Origin: a virus
Taxonomy: Duplodnaviria; Caudoviricetes
Direction: 5' to 3' (one strand)
Length of the DNA: 64,000 bases
IMG/VR virus record: IMGVR_UViG_3300035498_000371
Span: 1-64,000 of that record
Of this stretch, positions 51,772 through 61,451 are shown piece by piece. Under the pieces are notes generated by a model. That model worked only from the letters and a program-made list of their open reading frames with translations. It was not told the DNA's origin and made no database searches. Each line of letters begins with the position of its first letter. Position 1 is the stretch's first letter. The position numbers were made by a program, and so were the translations under genes.

Positions 51772-52731
51772 TTACTGTTCCTCCTTAATTGATTTCTTCT
51801 TTCTTACCAACTGGAATCCAAAGATATTATGAATCATCATTTCCTTAGTATCAGGATATGTACCATCAGCCATAGCTATCTTAGATTTTACATTATCTCC
51901 GATCATAAGCATTCCAGCAAATAATTCATCTCCAATAAGATTTTTATTATTAAGAAGCATCTTTCCATGGATTGACGCCCTATTTACGTTTACCATTATA
52001 TATCCTTCCTCAATATTATATTCGTAAACGAATCCTAAGATTTGATCCATAGGAATAGACCCAGATTCAAAATCAGGATTACCAACAATCATCGGACAAG
52101 ATTTATCTTTAAGCATCTTCTGCAATGTTTCAGCTTTATTATAAGCATCAAGAAGAGTCTTCTTAGTATAGAAGTATCCATTGGGAGATGTATAAACATC
52201 ATTCTCATCCCTAGTAATGAACATCGGTACCTTGATTTGTTCATAATCTTCTTCGCCTGCATACATGGCGCTCTCAACAAGAACTTCTTTTTTGATAAAT
52301 AAAGTAAATATCTGAATGCCCTTAATATCTAATCTCTTTACAGTTCCAACGTCTTCATAAGAACCAAAGAAACCGATATCTGCTATAGCATCTCCATCAG
52401 TTAATGCTTTACCATATTCTACAAGTAATCTATATGCAGGAATATTAGGATTAGTTTCTACCTCAATATAATTACCCTCTTTATCATATTTAAGCACTCT
52501 ACCAATTATAGGGCTATTCATTACAATATTAGCAAGTTCAGTATTTAAGTAAGGAACCATATCCTGAGATGCTATAAGAGGAATCTTCTCCTCTAATTTA
52601 GCATTATTAAGTAATTCTACAGCGCTATTGAATTGTTCTTCTTCAATAAAACTTCTTCCATTATCGAAAGTATGCTTACCAAATAAGAATTTCTTAGGCT
52701 CTACAGGAATTCTAATCTTTTTACTTTTCAT
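51772..52731 (-). CDS. Hypothetical protein with internal duplication
   Basis: Two ~150-aa halves with parallel motifs (NG.., IG.V..Y..EG.YI.V..N). Confidence 0.7.
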   Translation of the reverse strand: MKSKKIRIPVEPKKFLFGKHTFDNGRSFIEEEQFNSAVELLNNAKLEEKIPLIASQDMVPYLNTELANIVMNSPIIGRVLKYDKEGNYIEVETNPNIPAYRLLVEYGKALTDGDAIADIGFFGSYEDVGTVKRLDIKGIQIFTLFIKKEVLVESAMYAGEEDYEQIKVPMFITRDENDVYTSPNGYFYTKKTLLDAYNKAETLQKMLKDKSCPMIVGNPDFESGSIPMDQILGFVYEYNIEEGYIMVNVNRASIHGKMLLNNKNLIGDELFAGMLMIGDNVKSKIAMADGTYPDTKEMMIHNIFGFQLVRKKKSIKEEQ

Positions 52732-52742
52732 ATTATTTCCCT

Positions 52743-53534
52743 CTACTCTTCTTCATTCATATTTATGATTGTATTTATATCTGCTGTAGATACGTTACCA
52801 ACCAATCTTTGTAATGCTAATTTGATATTAGTAATAACTATAGGAGCAATCTCGGGATTATTAATTGTGCTGCAATAATAATCTTTGAAGAAATTACCTT
52901 TATCAGCAAAAGCATTATCGAGAAACATTGTAAGTTGCTGATCTCTGTAAGTGCTCTGGAAGATATTAAGAAGAGTAACATCCATCTCACTGATATATTT
53001 AATAACGCTATTCATATTAGAGCTTATTGTAACGTATTTCTGGTCAGCATATACAAGCTTACCGTAATTAGAAGAGCTATCTCTGCTCTTCTTAATACCG
53101 TCTGTGGTCAGCATATTATACAATGAATCTTTGTTATTAACAATAAATGCCACGAAGAAGTTTGTCATAATATCATTTCTCCTACTTACAAGAAATTCAT
53201 ATAAGTAAGATGCTGCTGTAAATACATCAATCGTATCATCAACAGTATTGAATGTAAGATTATAAGCATTTGTAAGTATATCAATAATCTGCCTATAAAC
53301 TTGCTCTCTGATATTTCTTATATTCTGACTATCCCCTGGATAAGTCTGATTCATGATTTTGAAATTCTCTTCGAAAGCCTGTACGACATTCGGCTCTGGT
53401 AATTGGTTAGCATAGTTTACCCTTTGCAATTTATCATTGATAATTGAAAAAATATAATTGGAATCAAAATGAGCAATGACTTCAGAGAAGTCATATTCAT
53501 TACCAATTAAATAGGGCTGGAAATTTTCTATCAT
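52743..53534 (-). CDS. Hypothetical protein
   Basis: 263-aa ORF in the late gene block. Confidence 0.75.
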   Translation of the reverse strand: MIENFQPYLIGNEYDFSEVIAHFDSNYIFSIINDKLQRVNYANQLPEPNVVQAFEENFKIMNQTYPGDSQNIRNIREQVYRQIIDILTNAYNLTFNTVDDTIDVFTAASYLYEFLVSRRNDIMTNFFVAFIVNNKDSLYNMLTTDGIKKSRDSSSNYGKLVYADQKYVTISSNMNSVIKYISEMDVTLLNIFQSTYRDQQLTMFLDNAFADKGNFFKDYYCSTINNPEIAPIVITNIKLALQRLVGNVSTADINTIINMNEEE

Positions 53535-53635
53535 AATTTTTATTCCTTCCTTTCTTTTATAAGTTTATCTATCTGTTTTTGCGCGATTATAAACTAAAAA
53601 TCATAGGAGAGGGCTTTGACCCTCTCCTTAAAGAC

Positions 53636-54496
53636 TTAGAAATTGAAATGATCATAATAACTGTAGTCTTCTCCCTCTATATATCCACGATACGCTTCAG
53701 GAACTGCTCCAACATTCTGGAATGGTTGATCGCTATCGTAATAATCATTGAGGGTATTAGTTGATTGATTATAGAAACCAATAAATACTGTGTCAGGCAC
53801 AGAGAACTCCGTCTGATCTCCAACAAAATTGGTTATAGGTACATTATCAGGAATATTGTATTTCTGTCTATACGCCCTTTCTCCTAAAGGAGTATTTACA
53901 AGAGATTCAAATCTTGCTTTCTCTTCTGCTCTACGATTATCAATAAAGTCTTGCATCTGAATTCCGCCAGCTTTAATAGCTGCATTAAGATCTCTTTCTA
54001 TCTCATTATTGAGCTCTGACTGAGTATTGAAATGCTCTACGATTTCTACTGTATCATCATCATAGTAATTGATCTCTTCATCTACATCTTCATCTGTTCG
54101 TATAGAAGTCTTCCGAATTCCATATCTTTCAGCAAGATTGATTCCTTCATACCATACATAAAGAGCCATAAGCATAGAGAATACCTGATCATCATGGGTA
54201 GAAGCTGAGTGCTCTACTTTACCATTTCTCTTAATCTCCATTCCAAGTAACTCATTGTAAATGATTGGAGATATTATCTTGTCTTTATGCATTTCTACAC
54301 GTTCTATCAAGATATCAATAAGTAGCTTTCTGATATCTCTGGTTGAATTGAGACCGTATTCTTTTATTCTAACCTGATGCTTGTAAGCATGAACACCATC
54401 TTGTCTCTCTTCTACCACTTTATCTTTAATCTCATAATAGAGATTTCTCTTTAATCCCATTTTAAGAAGCTTAGATATAACTGTACTACCGTAACC
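53636..54496 (-). CDS. terL: Terminase large subunit, exon 2
   Basis: GYGSTVISKL...GKVEH...HDDQVFS nuclease motif. Confidence 0.8.
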   Translation of the reverse strand, partial: GYGSTVISKLLKMGLKRNLYYEIKDKVVEERQDGVHAYKHQVRIKEYGLNSTRDIRKLLIDILIERVEMHKDKIISPIIYNELLGMEIKRNGKVEHSASTHDDQVFSMLMALYVWYEGINLAERYGIRKTSIRTDEDVDEEINYYDDDTVEIVEHFNTQSELNNEIERDLNAAIKAGGIQMQDFIDNRRAEEKARFESLVNTPLGERAYRQKYNIPDNVPITNFVGDQTEFSVPDTVFIGFYNQSTNTLNDYYDSDQPFQNVGAVPEAYRGYIEGEDYSYYDHFNF

Positions 54497-55571
54497 ATTT
54501 GTGTTTAGATATATACGCAACTATATACCCCATGGTTGATTCCATGCATCCCCGTTACAGGGAATGATCAGACTATACGTACATCCTTAGAATACCTAAG
54601 GAGCTGGATTTTTCTTCCGCCATTAGCTTGCGGTTTTACATTAAGGCTTTCGCCGCCCACGCAATGGGCCAGTCGTTAGACGTAATATTAAATTATTGCA
54701 CAATACGAACCATATTTCTATATATTTTCTTTCCTGTCCTATCGATCATATATCCAGCATATGGACCAAATGCTATTTTTCTACCATTACCGACCATATT
54801 CTTTAGACTTATTTCTTCATAACCTATCAAATCGGAAACTTCTGATCTTCCATTACAGACTATTCTATCTTCATCGTCATTATACACTTCATAAATATTG
54901 ACTATTTTTACAGACTTAGCTGGAGAGGATTTTCTATCTTCTCTAAAAGCCTGAGATATATTGTCTGATTGGGTTCCCCATTTTAAATTGGAAACGTGAT
55001 TATTAAGTTTATCGTTATCTTTATGCATAACTACTGGTAGATTATCTGGATTCGGAATGAATGTTTTAGCCACTAATCTATGTATTGATTCATTCTTTCT
55101 ATGCCCATCGTCGCAATCTTCTAATGCTGTTCTCAAATAACCAGAATTGCTTACAGCAGTTCTCATAGTATGACCGTTTTCGTTTATTACAATTCCAGAT
55201 TCATTTATTTTATATTTTCCATTATATCCTGGTATTTCTTTCATCATGATTCTATTTCCTCCTTAAACTTTTGATAGAGCAAAATGGCTATATCATATTA
55301 TTTAAGAAGTTAATATTATTGTGCGTTATTAATATTTTCGTAACTGCACGTTGGCTTGTTAATAGTAGCTGCAGGATTTAACCATACTACCATCCTTATA
55401 TCTTTTTTCTGCTTTCGCCGCATTCACGCTTACCTTTTGAGTTACGTTGTAGCGATATAAGGCTCTTGACCAATGAGTCGCAGTTTTAACACAGGAGAAC
55501 TAACAGCTTCCGCTATTAGCTGTGGTATTTAAACCGTATTCTTTATATTACTTTATACGGCTTTATTTCTC
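54497..55571 (-). ncRNA. Group I intron in the terminase carrying an HNH endonuclease (boundaries uncertain by 1-3 nt)
   Basis: gtctaacgactg and cgtatagtct (P7 elements); a P6-like stem encloses the HNH ORF; removal restores VERNG-GYG. Confidence 0.8.
54693..55247 (-). CDS. Intron-encoded NUMOD4-HNH homing endonuclease
   Basis: KEIPGYNGKYKINESG; IHRLVAKTFIPNPDNLPVVMHKDNDKLNNHVSNLKW. Confidence 0.9.
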   Translation of the reverse strand: MMKEIPGYNGKYKINESGIVINENGHTMRTAVSNSGYLRTALEDCDDGHRKNESIHRLVAKTFIPNPDNLPVVMHKDNDKLNNHVSNLKWGTQSDNISQAFREDRKSSPAKSVKIVNIYEVYNDDEDRIVCNGRSEVSDLIGYEEISLKNMVGNGRKIAFGPYAGYMIDRTGKKIYRNMVRIVQ

Positions 55572-57053
55572 ACCGTTCCTTTCCACATTTACCACCGCGT
55601 TCGGCATCCAATTCTTTACAATGAATTCAATACATCTTGCTAGGTCTAATGTAGAAATGTAGTTACAGTTCAAGCATCCTAGAACTTTGGTTGTTAAAGA
55701 GTCTATAACAGTGATTGTCGAACTATCCTGTTTATAACCACCAGCAACGTCGACGCCGATGATAGCAGGATAAGTTCTTGTATCAGCCTGTAAGTAAGTT
55801 TCAAATCTATACTTACCAAGCAAATATACTTCAGATATTGGTTGCCTAAGTAATCCAGAAATTGTATCAAGATCTTCTTCTCTAAATGGAGAATTCTCAA
55901 CTCCAGTAGCCCACTCAAGAAGAATCTCACGTCTGATATCAGGCCATGAATTCTTAAGCAATCTACATACTTCCTGGAACCATTCCTCAGAACATCCAAG
56001 TTGCTGATATGTATAACGAATGTATACATAATCAGAATTGTTATTAGCGTTAATAATCTCCATAAGCTGTAGATATGATTTATCATACCAGCTTTCAGAG
56101 AATGGAGTTGCAGCCTCTTTCATAGCATAAGCTTCTTTTCCTTCAGGAGTTGTCATAAATCCTGGAGTTGTAGTTATTGTAATACCATAAGGGGCATGAT
56201 TGTTCTTTGCTATAGAAGAAGCAGTCTTATACGCAGGTGCACCATTCATATAAATAATATCATTAAATGGCAAGAAAGCGTACTCATCATACCACATCAA
56301 AACGAGAGTTTTACCCCTGAGTAATGATGCTGCTTTTGCTTTATTTGTAGCAGAAGCAAACGTTTTGATGGTATTGTTGTTATAAGGATTTACTACTTCC
56401 GTTGTATTATTCTTACCTTTATCTAATTTACCATCTGGAGTTATACGCTCTTTAAGAATAAGATATGGTGGTAATAAATCCCTCATATCTTTCATGGCTG
56501 TAAGGTTGTCTGTAGAACCAGCCATATTCTTATGCAAGAATGCCATTTTAGAGTTAGTAGTACCAAAGTTATATAAATAAAGATATCTTACAATTACAGC
56601 GGTTGTTTTTCCACGCTGACGTGGCTCCTCAAAGAATATATTTAAGTTTAATGAAGCACAAAAGTTATATGCTAAATTACCTCTATCGAGTTTGTAAGGC
56701 ATCGGTCCAGAACCAGTAGATGGTAACCTTACAACCTCCCTGATGAAATACCAATAGTTACATATACACTCTCTAAGGATCTTTTGTTTATAGTACACAT
56801 TAAGATTCGGATCATATGGATTAATACCATCAAGATCTGGATCTATAAGTGCAAGCATAAACTCATTATTCTTAATTCCAATGGATTTAAGATAATGGTG
56901 CATGTCTAGGAAACTTTTGTTTTTAGTCGTTTTCTGACTATAAACAGTTCTTATAGGTGGTGGTTGATGCATTTGAGGCGGTGGCATTTGTTGTCGCTGC
57001 ATCTGAGCATTAAATGGAATATAAGACGGAGTAACAATGTTCCCATAAGGCAT
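55572..57053 (-). CDS. terL: Terminase large subunit, exon 1
   Basis: PRQRGKT Walker A, WYDEYAF Walker B, TTTPG, IGVDVAGG, NVERNG. Confidence 0.88.
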
Positions 57054-57183
57054 TTAAGATCTCCTCCTTTCTATTTTGCATTAAGTAAATGTTCCGCCTG
57101 GCAAAATCATAAGAGTTAAAATATATTATGACTTTATATTAAAGCTTTAGGCTTAAATATAATATTTTAAGGAGGAACAAATT

Positions 57184-57756
57184 ATGGCATTCAACAAACA
57201 GGCAGAGATTACAGCTATGATCTCAGATCCTAAGTACACATCAGATTGGATTGCTGCATCAACAGATCTTCTTGAGAAATATCCAGATCAGGGAGTGGAT
57301 ATGGAACATCTTAAAAACTCTGGACTTACAGCCATGCAGATCAATATCGTTGCTGAATTGGTAAAGCATTTCAACAATGATTTCTTATCAGCATACGAGT
57401 TCGTTGCAAATAACAAATACAACGATACACAGCTGCAGGTTATCATGAAGGCATTAGATGATGGAATGGCTTTCGATGATGTGATGAGCATTGCTGACGA
57501 TTCAACATCTTATGCTAAACTCAATTGGTTACTGATAGGTGTTAAGGAAGGGCTCGACAACTTCAGAGATCCTATCTATAAGAACTATCATCCAGATCAG
57601 TTACAGGAGATTTACTCTAGCTGGAAGGATGGAGTTAAGTTCGATGATTTCGATAGAGTAGATTTCGATGCAAGACTTATGCAGGTTATTCGTCATGCAC
57701 GTTGCATTGGTCTTACAGTTGAGATTAGCGACGAAAAGAAACTGACAATATATTAA
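57184..57756 (+). CDS. Hypothetical helical-repeat protein
   Basis: Repeats Y/F...Q(L/M)..I...L..G; AAGGAGG RBS; TATATTAT at 57122. Confidence 0.7.
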   Translation: MAFNKQAEITAMISDPKYTSDWIAASTDLLEKYPDQGVDMEHLKNSGLTAMQINIVAELVKHFNNDFLSAYEFVANNKYNDTQLQVIMKALDDGMAFDDVMSIADDSTSYAKLNWLLIGVKEGLDNFRDPIYKNYHPDQLQEIYSSWKDGVKFDDFDRVDFDARLMQVIRHARCIGLTVEISDEKKLTIY

Positions 57757-57878
57757 AGACGAAGTTTATATCTTATTAAGGCTGATTATATCCTATAAAT
57801 TTACAATTCTCAGTGCAAAAAATAATAAGCAAAACGGACCGGACTAGGCTATTATGCCTAGTCCATACGTTCCGCTTT

Positions 57879-59630
57879 TTATAGTTTAACAATATTAGAA
57901 TAATTCACTGAATCATTATCTAAACGATTCAATCCAATAGACTGTAATGGGAAGTTCTTTAATGAATCACTAATGATTTCTCCAAAGTCTACAAACTCTA
58001 ATACCCATTTTGGTACTGGGCTATCTAACGGTAATGCTATTACATTAACCTTAGAACCAAGAGTTGGAGAATCTAGTAATCTACATAACTTCTCATACTC
58101 TACTGGATAAAGATCTTTAATCTTGCTTACATTCTTCTTAGTAACATCGATCTTGATCTTTATAATAGAATTTCTTTCCTCAAGGTTTATTGCTGGCATA
58201 TCATCATCTCTCATTTCATTATAAATGAGGCACGCTACTATACCATTAATTTCAAGAGGATTCTTACCATACGAACTCATTGCAGCTACATTATCTGGTC
58301 GATAATATTTTGTTTCTCCGTTCATTATGCTATCATAAATACTGTTCTCCATCATAACTAATTTCTTCATAATAGCAATCTGATCAATATTATCTGCATT
58401 CATGATATCTTCGTAAAGAATCTCTTTGAACTCACTCTTAATATCGTCAGGAAGAGTAGATTTATCTATTGGTAATCCTGCTATGGCCAATCTACTACCC
58501 TCCGGTATTATATTTCCTTCCTGTAGCATTTGTAGCGATGCATAATTACGTCTATGGATTGTTAATAATGCTCTTAAGAAATAGAATTCGTTCTTCATCA
58601 CCATTCTGCATTTTGTTCCTTCGACATAGCTTCCTGTAAGTTTTGTATATTCATTCAAATAATCGACTACAAGAGCACTACATACGTAAGCTATGATATT
58701 TATAATTGAATACTTCAAAGAATCCTGAGGGATAAGTTTCGCAGGTTCAATATATCGATCCAGTTCGATAGTTTCATCTGTATAGAAATCATAATCAAGT
58801 CTTTGTTCTACTATCTCGCACATTACTCGTTTTTTATGATCTCCAAACTCATCTGGATCTGCAATATCAACCATATTAAATTTCTCTCTCTTAATCTTCA
58901 TAGGAATATTATAAACTTTATCCAGTACGAATCTATACCATGCGTCGAATGATACAATAGTACTATCTGTATCTACTATACAAACTGCGTCACGCTGCAT
59001 ATACTCTATTCTATCCAGCTTGTCTATATAGAAGTGAGGATAATATACATATTCCTTAATAAGATCTACAAGAATATCTAGTTCTTTTCTTATAGTCTTC
59101 GGTGGTTTATTAGGATTCATAAAGATATTAGGAGTAATCTTTTCCTTACCATCTTTACCCTCCTCGAATAATGGAGCACCGCCGAGATTACTAAGAATCT
59201 TAATAAGAAGATCTGTAACTACTGGAAGATCACAAAACGTATATAGATTATTCTTATAATATAATCTATTAATATCCTCCTGTGGAAGATCTCTTAGATA
59301 CTCCCATACCAAACCCATTTCCTTTTCGGTCGGTATCCACACTGCCATATCAGCAGTATTCATAAGCTTATAAAAACATTCTGCTACTGTAATATCCCTA
59401 TCCAGTATAGCAGAATCCAAACAATGACGATTATCTTTTTCATGCTCAACGTTATTTATAAACGTAATTACTTCATTTAAACTATTGAATTTTATATTAT
59501 TCGCCAATAAGGATTCAAATAAAGTAATACTGCATGATATATAAGATCTACCTTGTCTAGTAACTGCCTCTGCTACATATAGATTATAATACATAGACGT
59601 TGGAGCTCCTAGAACACCGTAAGTTGCGTT
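57879..59630 (-). CDS. Family B DNA polymerase, C-terminal polypeptide, exon 2
   Basis: NATYG (motif B), VTRQGR, VDTDS (motif C), KNE..F, RRNY. Confidence 0.88.
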   Translation of the reverse strand, partial: NATYGVLGAPTSMYYNLYVAEAVTRQGRSYISCSITLFESLLANNIKFNSLNEVITFINNVEHEKDNRHCLDSAILDRDITVAECFYKLMNTADMAVWIPTEKEMGLVWEYLRDLPQEDINRLYYKNNLYTFCDLPVVTDLLIKILSNLGGAPLFEEGKDGKEKITPNIFMNPNKPPKTIRKELDILVDLIKEYVYYPHFYIDKLDRIEYMQRDAVCIVDTDSTIVSFDAWYRFVLDKVYNIPMKIKREKFNMVDIADPDEFGDHKKRVMCEIVEQRLDYDFYTDETIELDRYIEPAKLIPQDSLKYSIINIIAYVCSALVVDYLNEYTKLTGSYVEGTKCRMVMKNEFYFLRALLTIHRRNYASLQMLQEGNIIPEGSRLAIAGLPIDKSTLPDDIKSEFKEILYEDIMNADNIDQIAIMKKLVMMENSIYDSIMNGETKYYRPDNVAAMSSYGKNPLEINGIVACLIYNEMRDDDMPAINLEERNSIIKIKIDVTKKNVSKIKDLYPVEYEKLCRLLDSPTLGSKVNVIALPLDSPVPKWVLEFVDFGEIISDSLKNFPLQSIGLNRLDNDSVNYSNIVKL

Positions 59631-60238
59631 CCGTTAACCTTATTTAATTAAAATAAGCGAGACTATATCTTCATCTTAGTAAGATGCCGTGCGCTTCCAT
59701 TTAAAGGGTTCTCACCTACCAGCATGTAATACTGGCCGTACTCCTGTAGACGAATTTCACGTCCCATATGGGGATAGTCGTTGAACTTCATTTGATATTT
59801 TACCTATATAATTAATAAAATGAATATAAAAATGCGCAACACTCACATGAGCCTATAAATTTATCGTAATAACGATCATAATAAGTTGTAGTATTATATG
59901 AGGCGCATTCATGAGAATCTGGCAGCCATTTCCATTTCTCATTATTTATTATTGCTGGTAGTAATTTATTATTTATTGAACTTTCAATATTATTATTATT
60001 CATAATTATGCCTCCCTTTTAAAATATCAAATATTAGCTGCTGATTAGACATTGTAATCGGATTTTAGCACCTTTAATAACTACGGTTATTATTAAAGGC
60101 TTTTATCTCAGCATGATCCATCTCTCTACTTGTTTCTGACTTTCGTCTCCATATAAATGGCAAGAGAGCATTAGCCTTTCCCAGCAATTCACACAGTAGT
60201 TTTTGCTATGCGTCACCGCATAACCCGCCTAGCCATTA
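59631..60238 (-). ncRNA. Group I intron in polB (608 nt)
   Basis: Exon ends GCU with P1 partner ggcg; gaattgctgggaa, aatcagcagc, gttcaacgacta, aagatatagtct; terminal G. Removal restores EKLNA|NATYG. Confidence 0.9.
59812..60003 (-). pseudogene. Short intron-internal ORF, probable homing-endonuclease remnant
   Basis: GGGAGG RBS; EKWKWLP resembles a NUMOD4 start; located between the Q and R elements. Confidence 0.45.
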
Positions 60239-60655
60239 AGCGTTTAATTTTTCTAGCAACTGAAATAAATTATATTTTTCAAACTCTGCAGATCCTTTAG
60301 GATATTTGAACATTGTTGATTTGTATTCAGCTCTTTTTACTAAGAAACCATTAATCATCTTACTTAATGGATTCTCTGCTTCTTTGTGTTTCTTAAATAA
60401 AACACCGCTGGATGTAACTATAGGTTCTAGACTTTCTATATATTTTAGAATATCAAGAACCGTACCATCCATTCTCTTTTTAGTGTAATTATTATCTAAA
60501 GATGCTGGACCATTATATAGTCGACTATTAATAGACCAATCAATGGCTTTAGATAATTCCTCTGGATGTAATCCGGGGAATGAATGTCGTAATCCTTCCA
60601 TCATGACTTGCTTATACTCATTGATGGGTTTAAGATTTAAACTATTTTGCTGCAT
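60239..60655 (-). CDS. Family B DNA polymerase, C-terminal polypeptide, exon 1
   Basis: GVLF..., R..YK..M, QLLEKLNA leading into motif B. Confidence 0.85.
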
Positions 60656-60804
60656 TCTTTAACCTCCTTTTCTTTATCGCATTTATAATATGCGCTTTAA
60701 TTTAAAGTTTTCCATGCTATAAAATGCAAAGATGAATCCAATAACATCATATTAAATAATTCAGCTGAGAATTGTTAATTCAAACTATTAAGGAGGTAAG
60801 TATA

Positions 60805-61302
60805 ATGATTTTCACTCATGAAAATGATAATACCATTGGTAGCCCTATTGAAGACGAAGTTGATAAGGTTATAAATAAAGACCCAGACACTCCAGAGGGT
60901 ATTGCCAGCATTGCAGCTGATGTAGAAAATCTTATGATGCAGTCTGCATTGGAATCAGCGTCTTACTTTGAGAATGGTGAAGAGGGTGTTAAGAACTTTA
61001 CTGAATCTGCAGAGGTTCAGCAGTTGCTTGAGGCTCGTAAGATGAGTAAGAAGACTCTTGTTCGTCTTGGTAAGAATGATGATTTCACTCGTCGTAAGCA
61101 TCTTGCTGCTATTGTTATTGCTAAGGAGAAGAATGATACTCTTTTCCATCAGTTAGCGCTTAACAGAGTTAAAGAGCGTAAGCTTAGAAACCTCATCTTC
61201 AAAAAGTATGAGAACAAGGCTACATTGGTAGCAAAGCAGAGTCAGAAGGAACATATCAAGGCTATGAAGAAAATGCCTTCCCTTCCAGTTATCAAATTCT
61301 AG
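60805..61302 (+). CDS. Hypothetical late protein (possibly virion head)
   Basis: AAGGAGG RBS before 60805; AACA-N6-TA at 60743. Confidence 0.7.
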   Translation: MIFTHENDNTIGSPIEDEVDKVINKDPDTPEGIASIAADVENLMMQSALESASYFENGEEGVKNFTESAEVQQLLEARKMSKKTLVRLGKNDDFTRRKHLAAIVIAKEKNDTLFHQLALNRVKERKLRNLIFKKYENKATLVAKQSQKEHIKAMKKMPSLPVIKF

Positions 61303-61451
61303 CGTAATACACGCTATGCAATGTCTACAACACAATATAAGGTCGTTGGGCATTTGTCCAACGGCCTATGGTTTGTCCTCTGAACATAAAACTAATGACT
61401 AAAATAATTTATATTTAGTCTCAAAAAATATTTTTATAAGGAGGTCATATT

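Noticed and set aside
54497-54520. TTG start for a stand-alone 294-aa ORF
   Set aside because: No RBS and inside the intron 3' domain; this is terminase exon 2
770-58838. The MC tag as a DNA-level repeat (atgtg(t/c))
   Set aside because: Always in frame, with synonymous and conservative variation (MC/MV/MY) and diverse flanking codons
636-61353. Numerous 60-160 aa antisense or alternate-frame ORFs overlapping long genes
   Set aside because: No RBS or recognisable motifs; shadows of real genes
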